From: Christensenella sp. UBA7571
GTDB lineage: Bacteria; Bacillota; Clostridia; Christensenellales; CAG-917
Direction: 5' to 3'
Length of the DNA stretch: 64,000 nt
NCBI GenBank assembly: GCA_002476605.1
Contig: DLLD01000004.1
Coordinates: 11,472-75,471, forward strand
This document shows positions 17,218-27,895 of the stretch, in pieces. The position numbers and the translations under genes were made by a program. The stretch's first letter is position 1. Every line of letters begins with the position of its first letter. The notes beneath the pieces are model-generated. The model saw only the letters and a program-made list of their open reading frames with translations. It was not told the origin of the DNA and did not search any database.

Positions 17218-20200
17218 ATGATGAGAAACAAAAAAGAGTTGAAAGGTTTTCTTCTCACGGCAACGAGACTGATCGTGTTGGCGTTGGTCTTCGTCACGGC
17301 GTTTACGGTTGCGTTGACTTCCGATTTTGGCCAAAACATCGATTTCGGCGGTATTGCATTTGCAGAACGCACATACAAAGATGTGAAGAATGAAGTTACT
17401 TTCGGCAAGGCAAATCCGATTTTACCCGACCAAGGTGCAATAACGGCTGAAAGTTTTGACTTCCCGAACGTTGTGTCCCCGTGGATTTTTACGGCAACGT
17501 ATTATAGTGTTTCGCCCCACGCCACGACGAATAACGACAACGATCCAAAGAACAACGTCGAAATTTACAAAAACGACGGTGATACGAAATTGTTCTTGGG
17601 AAACGATACCCCGGGTACTTTTGACGGCGGTGTTACTAACGGCTATTCCGCAAACGATTTGAATATGGTTCTCAATTTCGAAACGGGTAGCTTTATTAAT
17701 GAAATTTTGAATTCGGGTAAATACACGGTTACTGCGGAGATAAAAGCAAATTTTTCAATGAACTCCGAAGCAGATGAAATGTTCCCGAGCGCCGTTGCGG
17801 GTCCTGCAAGACTTACGGGACAAAAAGCGTATCAACTTAGAAAAAACGGCGATGGAAATTACTCATACGGTTTCAATACTCTCGGCTCTAACGCATCGGG
17901 GCATACGACGACGGTAGAACTTACTTCTTCCAAAAAGTATCTTTCGTTGGCGTTTGGAATGCATTACGCTTGGAAAACGTCGTCAAGAGAACGTTATATG
18001 AGTATGTCAAACATCTCGATTACGTTCACTATTAAAGCAAAGGATAGTCTCGTCGGAGCAGACAATGCGGGTCCGGTTGCTACGGGTACTTATAAGGGAC
18101 TTGAAAACGGTTTTGTAAGCGGTACGAGCGGAAACGGGTATGTGCCGTATATTGCTAATAAATCTGATTATTATCTCTACGAGTATATCGGAGAGGCATC
18201 AAAATATATCAAAACGGATAGTGTGGCCGGCGGATCGGGTAAGTTGGCTTCCTATACCAATTCATACGTTAAGGACGGAACGAGCAATGCGAACGTGCCC
18301 GGAATTGCTAATTCACCGTATTATAAATTCGCTCAAACGGAATTCGTAAGCACTTATAACGGCACTGGAAAATCCATTAGCGAGTTGATTGAAGAGTATG
18401 CCCAAAATCCGGATAGTTTCGATACGTCGCAATTGTCAAAAATCGGTGCCGCCGATAAAACGGTTTCCGGTTTAACTGCGTCGGGACTTACGTGGACAAG
18501 CGCAAATAATCTGAGTAAAGTTTCAAAGATTATGTACGTTAAAATCGGAGATACCGAGTTCAAATTGTACAATTCAAGTGAAACTTATACGAAAGAGTTG
18601 AAAGTTACCGAAGATGAGGTTCAACAAACGGTTGGTTATGCAAAAATCACTAAAACGACCGACGCAAGAATTGTAGTGAGTTTGTATTTTACAAAGAATT
18701 GCACCGTTCAAACTACGGTTGTCGATTATAGCGGTGCAAAAACCATTACGCGTCTTGAAGTTACGGGTATTGACACCAGCCTCAACGACGACGGCACGCC
18801 TATATCTGACAACGATTATATGAAAGCGGACGCTTCCTCGCTTGCTTGGCTTTATTCCAATATTTTGGAAGTCGGTTCGGAATTCGAGATCCCCGAAGAT
18901 ACGAGTGCGGCAAACTATTCCCCGAGACTTTGGTTCTTCACGGCTCAAAGAGCGGACGAACTTGCGGGGCTCGGCAGTGCGCACGTGTTTGCGTCCATTG
19001 CGGAGTTGCTCGCTTCGGGACTTAAACCCATAGGCGTGGGTGAGGGCTTCACCCTCGATTACAACTTTGCGGACGGCAAGGCAAAGAGCTACGGTTCGTC
19101 CATATACGACGCTATCGGCACGCTCGGCGCGGACGGCAAGGTTACGAGCGAAAGCAACGCAAAAGGACACGGATATTATCTCTTCACGTTCTATACGATT
19201 GACCTTGCGGGCAATATGAGCGCAACCACGTCTTCGTACTACGTGAAAGTGGACTCCGATACGCCCAACTATAACGTTGACTTGTCCTATATCCTCAAAA
19301 CGGACGGAAAGAAACAAACTATCTCCGCTTCTCAAAACGGAACGTGGGCAAAGGGCGTTACGACGCTCGACATTTTGCTCGGCGCGCTCGGTTTCTCGGG
19401 CAATACGCTCGTGTTCGAGGACTTGATGTCCTATCACGTCTTCAAGTTTGAAAACGCAATCGTAGACGGCGTTTATACGAGCAAACTTGCTTCTTACTAC
19501 AACTCGCTTACCTCAACGGGTGCTACTGCGGTCGAAAACGACGAGATTACCATCACTCTCTCGGGTGAGGGCGGAAATCATACCGTTACCGTCAAATATA
19601 TCTTCGAGGCACGCACCAATAGCGGAATTTTGCGCTTCGTCATCGACGCGGACAGCATCGAATGGACGACGGCGTTTACGCTCTACACGGGCGGATTCGC
19701 AACCGTTGACGAGATGGACTTCCATCAAGGTCAAAGCTACGTCGACTCTTCGTGGGTGGGCGGTGTCAAGGTGCTCATCGATACGGACGCGCCTATCGCT
19801 CCCGAGTTCGTGTCGGGTGACGATACGCCTTACAGCAAGAACTTCGACAGTTACGAGGCGTTGCCCTCTTATAGCGACAGACAATGGTACACGGGTGCTT
19901 ACGACAAATACTCCGCAAGCATCGACTTTACCGACGTATTTCTTTCAAGCGAATACGGCAAGGACGTCAGAGTGTATTACGGCATCAAGGTCGTGCAAAA
20001 TCTCACACAGCTCGCTCAACTTGGAGATAAGGGTATCGAGGGCGTTTACGGCACGATAACCGACAATACCGCGGGATATTTCGACAGATTGCAATACGTC
20101 ACGGGCGACAATATGACCGAAGGCGGTACGGTGCTCGAAAACGGCGCAATGAATATCGTCAACGGCGTGGTCGGTATGCGCGTTATCTACGTGTGGGCAG

Positions 20201-23200
20201 TCGACCAAGCGGGCAACGTGTCCGACCTCAAAACCTACTACGTACTTGCGGATAACACCACTTATACGCTTTCCGCAAAAGTGGGTAAAAACTCCGTTGC
20301 GGACGCTTCGGCAAGTATCGCTTCCGTCGACGCTGACGGCAACGCTTTGACCAAATTCACGAGAGGTGAAGTGGCAACGCTCGCTACCGTGCTCGGTGAA
20401 GACTTCGTGCCGTTTGCACTCACTCTTACCGTCAACGGCAAAGCAAACAAAGTGCTTTACAACTATATGCCGTCTCGCGATTGGACGATTTCCGACGCAA
20501 ATAACGAAGATTATATCAATTACGCACAAGACGATTCGATAAAATTTGCAATCGACGACAAGGACAACCTCGGTATGCTCGACAACGCAAAGACGCTCGA
20601 TATCGAGTTTGCGTACAGAAAAGTGGTGGATTATACCGTCACCAACTCTACGGTTGCGTACAATTCTCGTCCGATTTCCGTTGAAATGACGTTTACGGAC
20701 GCGGTGTCGGCTTCGAGTTTCAGCTATCGTTACTTTGACGAGAACGGCGTGGAACTCCCGCAAGCTCCAACCAATCCCGGCAACTACTTCGTAGAGATTT
20801 ATATCGACAAAAACAACGTAAACTACGTTACGGCAGACTTCAATATGGACGGAGAGGGCAACCAACTCTTCAATAGAATTGCGGTCACAGTTACAAAAGG
20901 TAGAATCGTCGTCAGCGCAGTCGAAACCAACGCGCCTTACGGCACGGACCTTGCGGATATCCTCAAATACACCGTCTCGGGTATCGCACTCGAAGATATG
21001 GCAAAAGAGGGTATAACCGAGGCTATGCTCGCGCTTGCTCTCGACGTTGCGAATTACGACTCCAAGGGCTTCTATTCAGTCGGCTTCTACAACGTCGTGC
21101 TTAAAGACAATACGCTTCTCAACGGCGTTGCAAACTACGATATCACGTTTATGACGGCTCAACACCGCGTAACGCAACGCAATATCGACGTTTATACGCA
21201 AGCCGCAACCAAAGCGTACGGCGACGCAGATCCCAAATTCTACTTTGGCGTAAAAGAAAGCGATCTCACGTTCAACACCTCCAAGACGGTGCAAGATATC
21301 CTTGCGGAAATCTTCGACGCAACGTCTTATACCTCCGCGGGCAAGGAAAACGGCTTCTACCTTTACGAGGCGGGCGACCGTATCACTCGTGCAAAGGGTG
21401 AGGACGTATGGAACTACGCTTTCAACACCGACGCAAGCTTGTTCGACGTCGGAAGCAATTACAGAATAACCCTTCAAACGCAAGAAGGCTTCACCATCAC
21501 TCAAAGACAAGTGCAAATTGACGTAAGCGGTCAATTCGCAGTGGTCAAGAGCGGTGTTACGCCGTCTTCCGAAGGTATCGTGCCGAGCTACACGCTCGAC
21601 GCAAAAGACGCGTTCCTTGCAGAGGTCATCGAAAGCTTGCTCAACGGCAAACTCTCTCTTGCAACGGACGGCACGGTTTTGAGCGACTACGACGCAACGA
21701 AGTACGACGGAGCAACGGGCTTCGATATTATACTTGCAAGCATCAACGACGGCAATATCGCAATCTCGCTCAAATCGCAAGAGCAATACGTAATTTACAT
21801 CGCAAAAGCGGGCACGGTTATCGTCAAAGCGATTAGAGAATTCACCTACGTTTACGGTGAAACAGTGCCGTGGGTGAACACGTACGACGCAAAAGACTTT
21901 ACCTACGAGTGCGACGACGAAAGCGTGGCGTTCGACCGTATCGACTGGATTATGCACTTGTCTTACGCGGAAGAGTATATTCCGGTTGGTAGATACGTTG
22001 CGACGTTCTCCGACGTGAAACTCTATAAGGACGGCGTGGAAATCGAAGGTGCAAACGTCAACGTAGAGCCCGCAATCGTCAATATCACGCCCGCAACGGT
22101 GCAAATCAGACCCACCGCAACGGCGTTTGACAAAGTGTACGGCGAGGCAGACTCTGTATACGGCATCGGTTACGAAATCGTCAAAGTAAACGGTGAAACT
22201 ATTGCAAAAGACGGCAGTTACGCGGGTATTGGTTACAACGATTTGCTCGCAAACGTAAGCGGTTCTTTCGCAAGAGCAAAATACAACAAGAACGGTGAAT
22301 TTACCGCATACGGCACTCGTTACGACGGCGTTTTGACGGACGACAACTATTATTACGGTTACGTCGTCAACAAGGCGTTTGCAATCGACAACGACAACTT
22401 CGTGATAAACGCGGTGGTCGACGTTGAATATAAGGACGTACGCTTTACGGTTTCTCCCAAGGCAATCGTAATTCACACCGCAAACCTCGTCGGTTTGAGC
22501 AAGTACTTCAACGGCAACGACGTCGTCGACTACGACGCGGCGGGCGTAACTATGTACGACCTCACCTCTCAACTCGTGCTTGCGACGGACAAAGTCAAAC
22601 TCGTTGCAAACGACACGAGATACACCGAAATCGGTGACGGCAAGAGCGACGTTGCTTCGCATATCGTGTTCGGCGGATTTGCACTCACGGGTGAACAAAG
22701 CGCAAACTACACGCTTGCTTATATCGTCAACGACGGTCATACGAGCATTAGAGTGCTCGGTGGCAAAGACGGTGAAAACTTCGTCATCGACGGCACGACG
22801 GTTGAAATCGTGTATATCGACAACTCTCATTCCGACGGCGCAAAGAGCGACTATATCTACATTATGTTCAAGCGCGTGGGCGTCACCAAGAACGACGTGT
22901 CCATCGTCAAGGAATACGACAACACCAACGTACTTTACGCAGACAACGTCATCATCGCGTCCAGCGAGACGGACTACGCAAGCACGGCAATGCTTATCGG
23001 CGCAGACAAGAAGTTGATCGTCGAAGAGAGCGGTGTGTTCTCGGGCGTAAAAGCGGGTGAGGGATACCTCATTTCAAAGGTCAAAGTGGTGTTTACGTTT
23101 GCAAACGGAGACCTCTCCGCGGGCAGTGTATACGACTACAAAGACAACGACGTGGATATCAGAGTGGTAGGCAACACCATCGAGCTTACCGTGCGCAACG

Positions 23201-26200
23201 TCAAGGCAAAGATCGCAAAGAAGAAACTTAACGCTTCGAGCTTTGCAACCGTCGCACCAGTCAATCGCGACTACAACGCGACGACGAGCGTTGACGTCAA
23301 TTATACCTTTGCGGACAACGCACTCGTTACGGGTGACAGCGTAGAGTCCGTAGGTCTCAAACTTGCGGGTACTGCAAACGGCAAAGACTTCGGTCAACAT
23401 CAAGTGACGATCTCCGCGGAAAACACCAAGGTTTCCAACGCAAACTACGAAGTGGACGTCAACGACATCAACAACGAATTTGCGGGTCTCACCGTCGAAA
23501 TCGCAAAGGCAAGACTTATGCCCAACGTCGCGTTTGAAAGCAAAGTTTACGACAACACGACGGACGTTAAAGCGACCAAGAGAAGCGGAAACGACTTTAC
23601 CACGCTCTATTATGCGGACAACCTCAGAGAGGAACTTGCGCATATCACTATGGGCGCGGGCGTGACGTACGAACTCTCTTACGCGGGCGCACCCGACGCA
23701 AACGTAGCGGTTGACGCCGACGGCAACGAAATCGGACACAACGTTATGGTTTCCGGTCTCGTCATCAGCGCGGACGACGCGTCTATCCTCAAAAATTACA
23801 GAATTTACGGTTCGGTTTACAGCGGATCGGAATATATGGCGTTTGAAGACGCACAAATCGGCACGATTGCTGACTACGAGATTTTGCAAGCCGTCAAGGT
23901 GTCCAAGAAGAACGTCAAACTCATCACCAACGACTTCCAAATCGGTCAAAAAGTGTACGACGGCTCGGTGAACGCTACGATAACCATTCAAGTTCCCGTC
24001 GACGGCGAAAACAGAGAAGGTGTGCTTGCTATCCACAAAGACTTGCTCGAAATCGTTGCGGACGGTACGTTTGCTTCCGCAAAAGTGGGCAAGAACATCA
24101 AAGTTACCGTGTCCACTCCGCAATTGAAATTGAAGAGTGGTAATGGAATAGATAGTAGAATAATAAATAACTATTATCTTGATAAATCCGCGGGCGCGTA
24201 CGCGAGCAACATTACGGGTACTATCGTAGAAAAGCCCGTAACGGTTGAAGTCGACCTCGGCGAAAGAGTATATACGGGATATTCCGATATTGTTAAGAAC
24301 AAGATAACCTACACTCTCAACGGCGTTATCGAAAAGGAAATCCGCAACTACAACGTCGCAACGGGCGGCGGAGCGTACTTCATCGACAAGAACGTCGTGC
24401 TCGACGCGGACAGAAACGTCGATTTCAAGGACGGCAACGTGTACAATCCCACGCTCACCAATATGGGCGGTTTCGATATCAACTACGTGTTGACGTACAG
24501 AACGGAGACGAGAGAAGACGGCCGTGACGACGATATGCTCGCATACGAGGACGAAAACGGCGTGCATTATTACGAAGTGCCCGCAAATAGCGCGGTAGTT
24601 ACGGCGTACTATTACAGATTGCGCACGGTGTCCAAGTATATCGACGATGCGGACAAGACCGTCGCAAAAGACTATATCGTAGGTCGCTACAAAGTGAACG
24701 GTGAAGAGGTCTACCTCGTGTCAGACGACTATACCGGCAATACCAAGAACCTCGACGCCCCGATGACCTATCTCGCGGGCAAAGGTAAAATCAATCAAAG
24801 AGGCGTGTACATCACCGCAAACAGTATCGCAAAACTCGATACGGACGTTGCAAACAAGATGTACAACAAGCAATACGACGGTACGACCAAGTTCTACGGC
24901 ACGATTGACGGCACTAACCCCGCAACCGACGCGTATAGACTTACCTCAACGGGTATCGCAAACGTCATCAAGGGTGACGACGTGCATATCGCAAACGTAT
25001 CCGCAGAATATAACAGCGCGTACACCAACGCAATGTACGTAGTGTTTACGGCTTCCGGTCTCGACGGCAAAGACGCGGACAACTACACGATTGAAAGCTC
25101 CAACAGCGGTGCAAGCAGTGATACCTACACTGCAAAATTGTCCGCAAAGATCCAAAAACGTGCTATCACCGCAAGTTTGCAAGACGGTGAAATGGTATAC
25201 GGCACTGCGCTCGGCAACGTCGGCGGTACGGTTGACTACACGCTTGTCGGCGCGGACGCCACGTCGTACGCTTTGACTTGGAACGCTTCGCTCAAATCCT
25301 TCTTTATCGCAACGACGGACTTCCTTGCGGTAGTCGGATTGGAAGATAACCAAGACAATGCAAAATACCTCGCTCAAATCGACGCTTACACCTATAACCT
25401 CGTAGACGGTGAGTACGTCAAAGCGGAAAACGGTGTGAGAGGCGCGTATTTCAGACTCGGCGGTGAAGTGGGCAACGCTATTTCGAGCTTGCCGAAGCCG
25501 ACGACGAGATTCAACTCCAACAAACCGAACGCGGGTGAGATTTCCAACTCCTACTACCTTGCGGACGGCAGTGCAAACAACTTCGGATTCAAGTTCGTTT
25601 ACACGGGCAACGGCAACGACGGCACAAGCAGACTCGTGGTAGTCAAGAGAACGCTTTACGTTACCACCGCGGGTATCAACCACGTCAAGACGTACGCGGG
25701 CACCGATCCTGCGATCGACCTCTTGTTCGACGGTATCGCTTCGGGTGACGGATTGAGCATTTTCGTGAATTCTAACGGCGTGGATTATCGCCCGATCGTG
25801 GTGCTTGCGGTGTACAATTCGCTCACGGGTGAATACACCGTAGCCGACAAATACGCAAAGACGAGCGACAAACTCGGCGCAAACGAATATTACGTCTACT
25901 ACCTTGCTCTTCCGATCGGACTTAACAGTTACGACGACTTTGCACCGATAAGAAACTACAACGTCGTCATCGGTGACGCGTCTACGCTTCAAGCAATCAC
26001 CGTAAAGGACGAGAGCGGTAACGTCGTCAAGGACGCAAACGGCAAAGATACGTACGAATTCGCATATTCCTTCGCAAACGGTGAAATCACCAAGAAGGCG
26101 TCTACGATCACAATCAAGCTTCCCGAAATGGACGGTATCAGCATCGATACAACCAACAACAGCTTCACTTACACCTACGACAAGGCACTCGGCAAGGGCG

Positions 26201-27585
26201 TAAACAGAGTTTACGACGTGCTTAAAGGCGTAAAGCCCGAAGACGAAGTGAGATACGTCAAGGACGGTGAAGAGAAAGAAGCAAGCGACGCGGGTACGCA
26301 TACCGGTTACGTGTACGTCAAACGCTTCGTCAAGGTTGACGCCGACGATCCCAACGGCTACTTCATCGAGTGGAGAAGCACGGACGAGGTGACTATCGTC
26401 ATCGAAAGAGCGTCCGCACAACTCAAAGCGGCGGCTTCCTACGTCTACTACAACGGAAAGGCACAATCTTATCCCGTCAATTCCATAACCGTGCACGAAG
26501 GCATCGTCAACGGCTTGGTCGCGGGTGATTACGAGATGTCCTACAAGCTCTACAAAAACGGTCAATACGAAGACGTGCTCAACCCCGCAGAAATCAAGAA
26601 CGCCGGCACTTACGTTGTAACGTTCCGCCTCACCGACGCATTCGAGACCAACAATCCCAACTACAAGAAGGAAGAAGTCGAGTCCAAATTCGTCATCAAT
26701 CAAGTGGTCGTCAACGTAACTATCGACAAGACGGGGTACAGCGCAACCACCGAGGTACAACAAGACAAGTCCAGCGTCACCAAGCTCAGAGCGACGTACG
26801 ATCCCAACGCGGATTACACCATCGATTACTCCTTGGCTATGGGTGACGGATATAGAAACAATTCCGCAATCGAAATCACCAAGGCTATGACCAAATTGGC
26901 GTTTGCAAAGGACGCAAGCGGAAACGAGAAACAAATCACGGGCGCGGGTAAATACTCCTTCACGGTGTCCATCACCAACGAGGATATTGCCGGCAACTAC
27001 GCTTTGGTCGGCAACGCGGGCGTGCTCGAACTCACCGCAAACGCATTCGATAGCGACGGCGGTTCTATCAAAGTTGACGGTGAAGGCATCGTTGCCAATA
27101 GACTTGCCGTAAGAGATATCACGAGCAGTATTATCGCAAGCGATATCAACTACGTTGCGGTCATCAAGCAATTTATGCCGGCACTCTCCTCGGCGGCAGG
27201 TCTCAAAGACGACGCACGCGTGGCGGCGGTCGTAAAGATGGAACTCTATTGCGACAATCAACTCGTCGTCCTCGACGGTGAAAACACTTCCGTCAGCGTC
27301 GCGATCCCGAGCACCGTCAGAAAAAATATGAAGGGCATTGCTCTTTACACCGTAACCAAAGACGGTACGCTCAAAAAACTCACCGACTACACCGTCAACG
27401 ACGGCAAGATCGAGTACACCACCGATTACGTGTCAGCACTCGTCTTCGTCGACGTCAATCCGCCCTCGCTCGAACCGTGGGAAATCGGCGTAACAGTCGG
27501 CACTATCCTCGTCGTGCTCATCATAGTCGTGGCGAGTGTGGTGGGTATCGTTGTCCGCAAGAAACACTTGCAAAAACTCATTTAA
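17218..27585 (+). CDS. Giant (~3455 aa) cell-surface repeat protein: N-terminal signal/anchor, long beta-rich region, many MBG/YDG-type repeats, C-terminal TM anchor
   Basis: ATG-ATG at 17218/17221 follows GAGGTGG. The N-terminus MMRNKKELKGFLLTATRLIVLALVFVTAFTVALTS is signal-like. Recurrent ...I.(K/P)..(L/V).(I/V)....(K)(V/A)YG(D/E)ADP... and ...KVYDG(S/T)... units (KAYGDADPKFYFG, KVYGEADSVYGIGYEI, QKVYDGSVNATITI, KQYDGTTKFYG, KTYAGTDPAIDLLF) resemble MBG-domain adhesins. The C-terminus WEIGVTVGTILVVLIIVVASVVGIVVRKKHLQKLI is a TM helix plus basic stop-transfer. No LPXTG motif is present. Confidence 0.85.
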   Translation: MMRNKKELKGFLLTATRLIVLALVFVTAFTVALTSDFGQNIDFGGIAFAERTYKDVKNEVTFGKANPILPDQGAITAESFDFPNVVSPWIFTATYYSVSPHATTNNDNDPKNNVEIYKNDGDTKLFLGNDTPGTFDGGVTNGYSANDLNMVLNFETGSFINEILNSGKYTVTAEIKANFSMNSEADEMFPSAVAGPARLTGQKAYQLRKNGDGNYSYGFNTLGSNASGHTTTVELTSSKKYLSLAFGMHYAWKTSSRERYMSMSNISITFTIKAKDSLVGADNAGPVATGTYKGLENGFVSGTSGNGYVPYIANKSDYYLYEYIGEASKYIKTDSVAGGSGKLASYTNSYVKDGTSNANVPGIANSPYYKFAQTEFVSTYNGTGKSISELIEEYAQNPDSFDTSQLSKIGAADKTVSGLTASGLTWTSANNLSKVSKIMYVKIGDTEFKLYNSSETYTKELKVTEDEVQQTVGYAKITKTTDARIVVSLYFTKNCTVQTTVVDYSGAKTITRLEVTGIDTSLNDDGTPISDNDYMKADASSLAWLYSNILEVGSEFEIPEDTSAANYSPRLWFFTAQRADELAGLGSAHVFASIAELLASGLKPIGVGEGFTLDYNFADGKAKSYGSSIYDAIGTLGADGKVTSESNAKGHGYYLFTFYTIDLAGNMSATTSSYYVKVDSDTPNYNVDLSYILKTDGKKQTISASQNGTWAKGVTTLDILLGALGFSGNTLVFEDLMSYHVFKFENAIVDGVYTSKLASYYNSLTSTGATAVENDEITITLSGEGGNHTVTVKYIFEARTNSGILRFVIDADSIEWTTAFTLYTGGFATVDEMDFHQGQSYVDSSWVGGVKVLIDTDAPIAPEFVSGDDTPYSKNFDSYEALPSYSDRQWYTGAYDKYSASIDFTDVFLSSEYGKDVRVYYGIKVVQNLTQLAQLGDKGIEGVYGTITDNTAGYFDRLQYVTGDNMTEGGTVLENGAMNIVNGVVGMRVIYVWAVDQAGNVSDLKTYYVLADNTTYTLSAKVGKNSVADASASIASVDADGNALTKFTRGEVATLATVLGEDFVPFALTLTVNGKANKVLYNYMPSRDWTISDANNEDYINYAQDDSIKFAIDDKDNLGMLDNAKTLDIEFAYRKVVDYTVTNSTVAYNSRPISVEMTFTDAVSASSFSYRYFDENGVELPQAPTNPGNYFVEIYIDKNNVNYVTADFNMDGEGNQLFNRIAVTVTKGRIVVSAVETNAPYGTDLADILKYTVSGIALEDMAKEGITEAMLALALDVANYDSKGFYSVGFYNVVLKDNTLLNGVANYDITFMTAQHRVTQRNIDVYTQAATKAYGDADPKFYFGVKESDLTFNTSKTVQDILAEIFDATSYTSAGKENGFYLYEAGDRITRAKGEDVWNYAFNTDASLFDVGSNYRITLQTQEGFTITQRQVQIDVSGQFAVVKSGVTPSSEGIVPSYTLDAKDAFLAEVIESLLNGKLSLATDGTVLSDYDATKYDGATGFDIILASINDGNIAISLKSQEQYVIYIAKAGTVIVKAIREFTYVYGETVPWVNTYDAKDFTYECDDESVAFDRIDWIMHLSYAEEYIPVGRYVATFSDVKLYKDGVEIEGANVNVEPAIVNITPATVQIRPTATAFDKVYGEADSVYGIGYEIVKVNGETIAKDGSYAGIGYNDLLANVSGSFARAKYNKNGEFTAYGTRYDGVLTDDNYYYGYVVNKAFAIDNDNFVINAVVDVEYKDVRFTVSPKAIVIHTANLVGLSKYFNGNDVVDYDAAGVTMYDLTSQLVLATDKVKLVANDTRYTEIGDGKSDVASHIVFGGFALTGEQSANYTLAYIVNDGHTSIRVLGGKDGENFVIDGTTVEIVYIDNSHSDGAKSDYIYIMFKRVGVTKNDVSIVKEYDNTNVLYADNVIIASSETDYASTAMLIGADKKLIVEESGVFSGVKAGEGYLISKVKVVFTFANGDLSAGSVYDYKDNDVDIRVVGNTIELTVRNVKAKIAKKKLNASSFATVAPVNRDYNATTSVDVNYTFADNALVTGDSVESVGLKLAGTANGKDFGQHQVTISAENTKVSNANYEVDVNDINNEFAGLTVEIAKARLMPNVAFESKVYDNTTDVKATKRSGNDFTTLYYADNLREELAHITMGAGVTYELSYAGAPDANVAVDADGNEIGHNVMVSGLVISADDASILKNYRIYGSVYSGSEYMAFEDAQIGTIADYEILQAVKVSKKNVKLITNDFQIGQKVYDGSVNATITIQVPVDGENREGVLAIHKDLLEIVADGTFASAKVGKNIKVTVSTPQLKLKSGNGIDSRIINNYYLDKSAGAYASNITGTIVEKPVTVEVDLGERVYTGYSDIVKNKITYTLNGVIEKEIRNYNVATGGGAYFIDKNVVLDADRNVDFKDGNVYNPTLTNMGGFDINYVLTYRTETREDGRDDDMLAYEDENGVHYYEVPANSAVVTAYYYRLRTVSKYIDDADKTVAKDYIVGRYKVNGEEVYLVSDDYTGNTKNLDAPMTYLAGKGKINQRGVYITANSIAKLDTDVANKMYNKQYDGTTKFYGTIDGTNPATDAYRLTSTGIANVIKGDDVHIANVSAEYNSAYTNAMYVVFTASGLDGKDADNYTIESSNSGASSDTYTAKLSAKIQKRAITASLQDGEMVYGTALGNVGGTVDYTLVGADATSYALTWNASLKSFFIATTDFLAVVGLEDNQDNAKYLAQIDAYTYNLVDGEYVKAENGVRGAYFRLGGEVGNAISSLPKPTTRFNSNKPNAGEISNSYYLADGSANNFGFKFVYTGNGNDGTSRLVVVKRTLYVTTAGINHVKTYAGTDPAIDLLFDGIASGDGLSIFVNSNGVDYRPIVVLAVYNSLTGEYTVADKYAKTSDKLGANEYYVYYLALPIGLNSYDDFAPIRNYNVVIGDASTLQAITVKDESGNVVKDANGKDTYEFAYSFANGEITKKASTITIKLPEMDGISIDTTNNSFTYTYDKALGKGVNRVYDVLKGVKPEDEVRYVKDGEEKEASDAGTHTGYVYVKRFVKVDADDPNGYFIEWRSTDEVTIVIERASAQLKAAASYVYYNGKAQSYPVNSITVHEGIVNGLVAGDYEMSYKLYKNGQYEDVLNPAEIKNAGTYVVTFRLTDAFETNNPNYKKEEVESKFVINQVVVNVTIDKTGYSATTEVQQDKSSVTKLRATYDPNADYTIDYSLAMGDGYRNNSAIEITKAMTKLAFAKDASGNEKQITGAGKYSFTVSITNEDIAGNYALVGNAGVLELTANAFDSDGGSIKVDGEGIVANRLAVRDITSSIIASDINYVAVIKQFMPALSSAAGLKDDARVAAVVKMELYCDNQLVVLDGENTSVSVAIPSTVRKNMKGIALYTVTKDGTLKKLTDYTVNDGKIEYTTDYVSALVFVDVNPPSLEPWEIGVTVGTILVVLIIVVASVVGIVVRKKHLQKLI

Positions 27586-27587
27586 GA

Positions 27588-27712
27588 GCGTTATTTGACG
27601 CCTAACTTCGGCAGAGCCATCCGCCCGTCAACTCATTTACGATTAGTAAATTAGGGTTGCCGTGCGGACGGCTCTTTCTTGTTATCCATTCAAATACCGC
27701 ACTTAAATGAGT
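27588..27712 (+). repeat. Gene-3' module C, copy 3 (long hairpin + TTCTTGTTATCCATTCAAATACCGCAC tail)
   Basis: A 20-bp near-perfect hairpin, AGAGCCATCCGCCCGTCAAC (27613-27632) / GTTGCCGTGCGGACGGCTCT (27656-27675), followed by TTCTTGTT. The tail aligns with the TTCTTCATCC..ATATCGCG tails at 50650-50682 and 59860-59942. It probably also acts as the terminator of the giant gene. Confidence 0.65.
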
Positions 27713-27737
27713 TTTTTGGTTTATATGGTATTTTTCT

Positions 27738-27778
27738 AATATTCCAAAATTATTAATTATTAATTATTAATTATTAAT
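27738..27778. repeat. AATATTCCAAAA half-palindrome followed by (TATTAAT)x4 heptamer microsatellite
   Basis: TATTAAT repeats exactly four times at 27751-27778. The same composition, in the opposite orientation, lies at 46811-46858 next to GGAATATTCC. Confidence 0.8.
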
Positions 27779-27840
27779 TCACCTCTCCGTGAGTTTTCGC
27801 TTAAAAAACTTTTAATACACACTTCTTCGACATTTTGGAC

Positions 27841-27869
27841 TTGAAAAAAAAATCGTTTCGGTGTAAAAT
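27841..27869 (+). promoter_or_regulatory. Sigma-70-type promoter upstream of rpiB / V-ATPase genes
   Basis: TTGAAA (27841-27846), 17-nt spacer, TAAAAT (27864-27869). Confidence 0.5.
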
Positions 27870-27895
27870 ATCTTTATCATATTATGGAGTGTGCT

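Noticed and set aside
18574-27261. Very long antisense ORFs inside the giant surface-protein gene (for example 24946-27261, 771 aa; 21076-22830, 584 aa; 23074-24567, 497 aa; 19945-20865; 18574-19437).
   Set aside because: Their translations are Val/Arg/His/Cys/Phe-rich low-complexity strings with no motifs. They lie exactly antisense to a strongly supported sense ORF whose codon bias (GAC/AAC/ACC/GGC-rich) depletes stop codons on the opposite strand. They are compositional artefacts.
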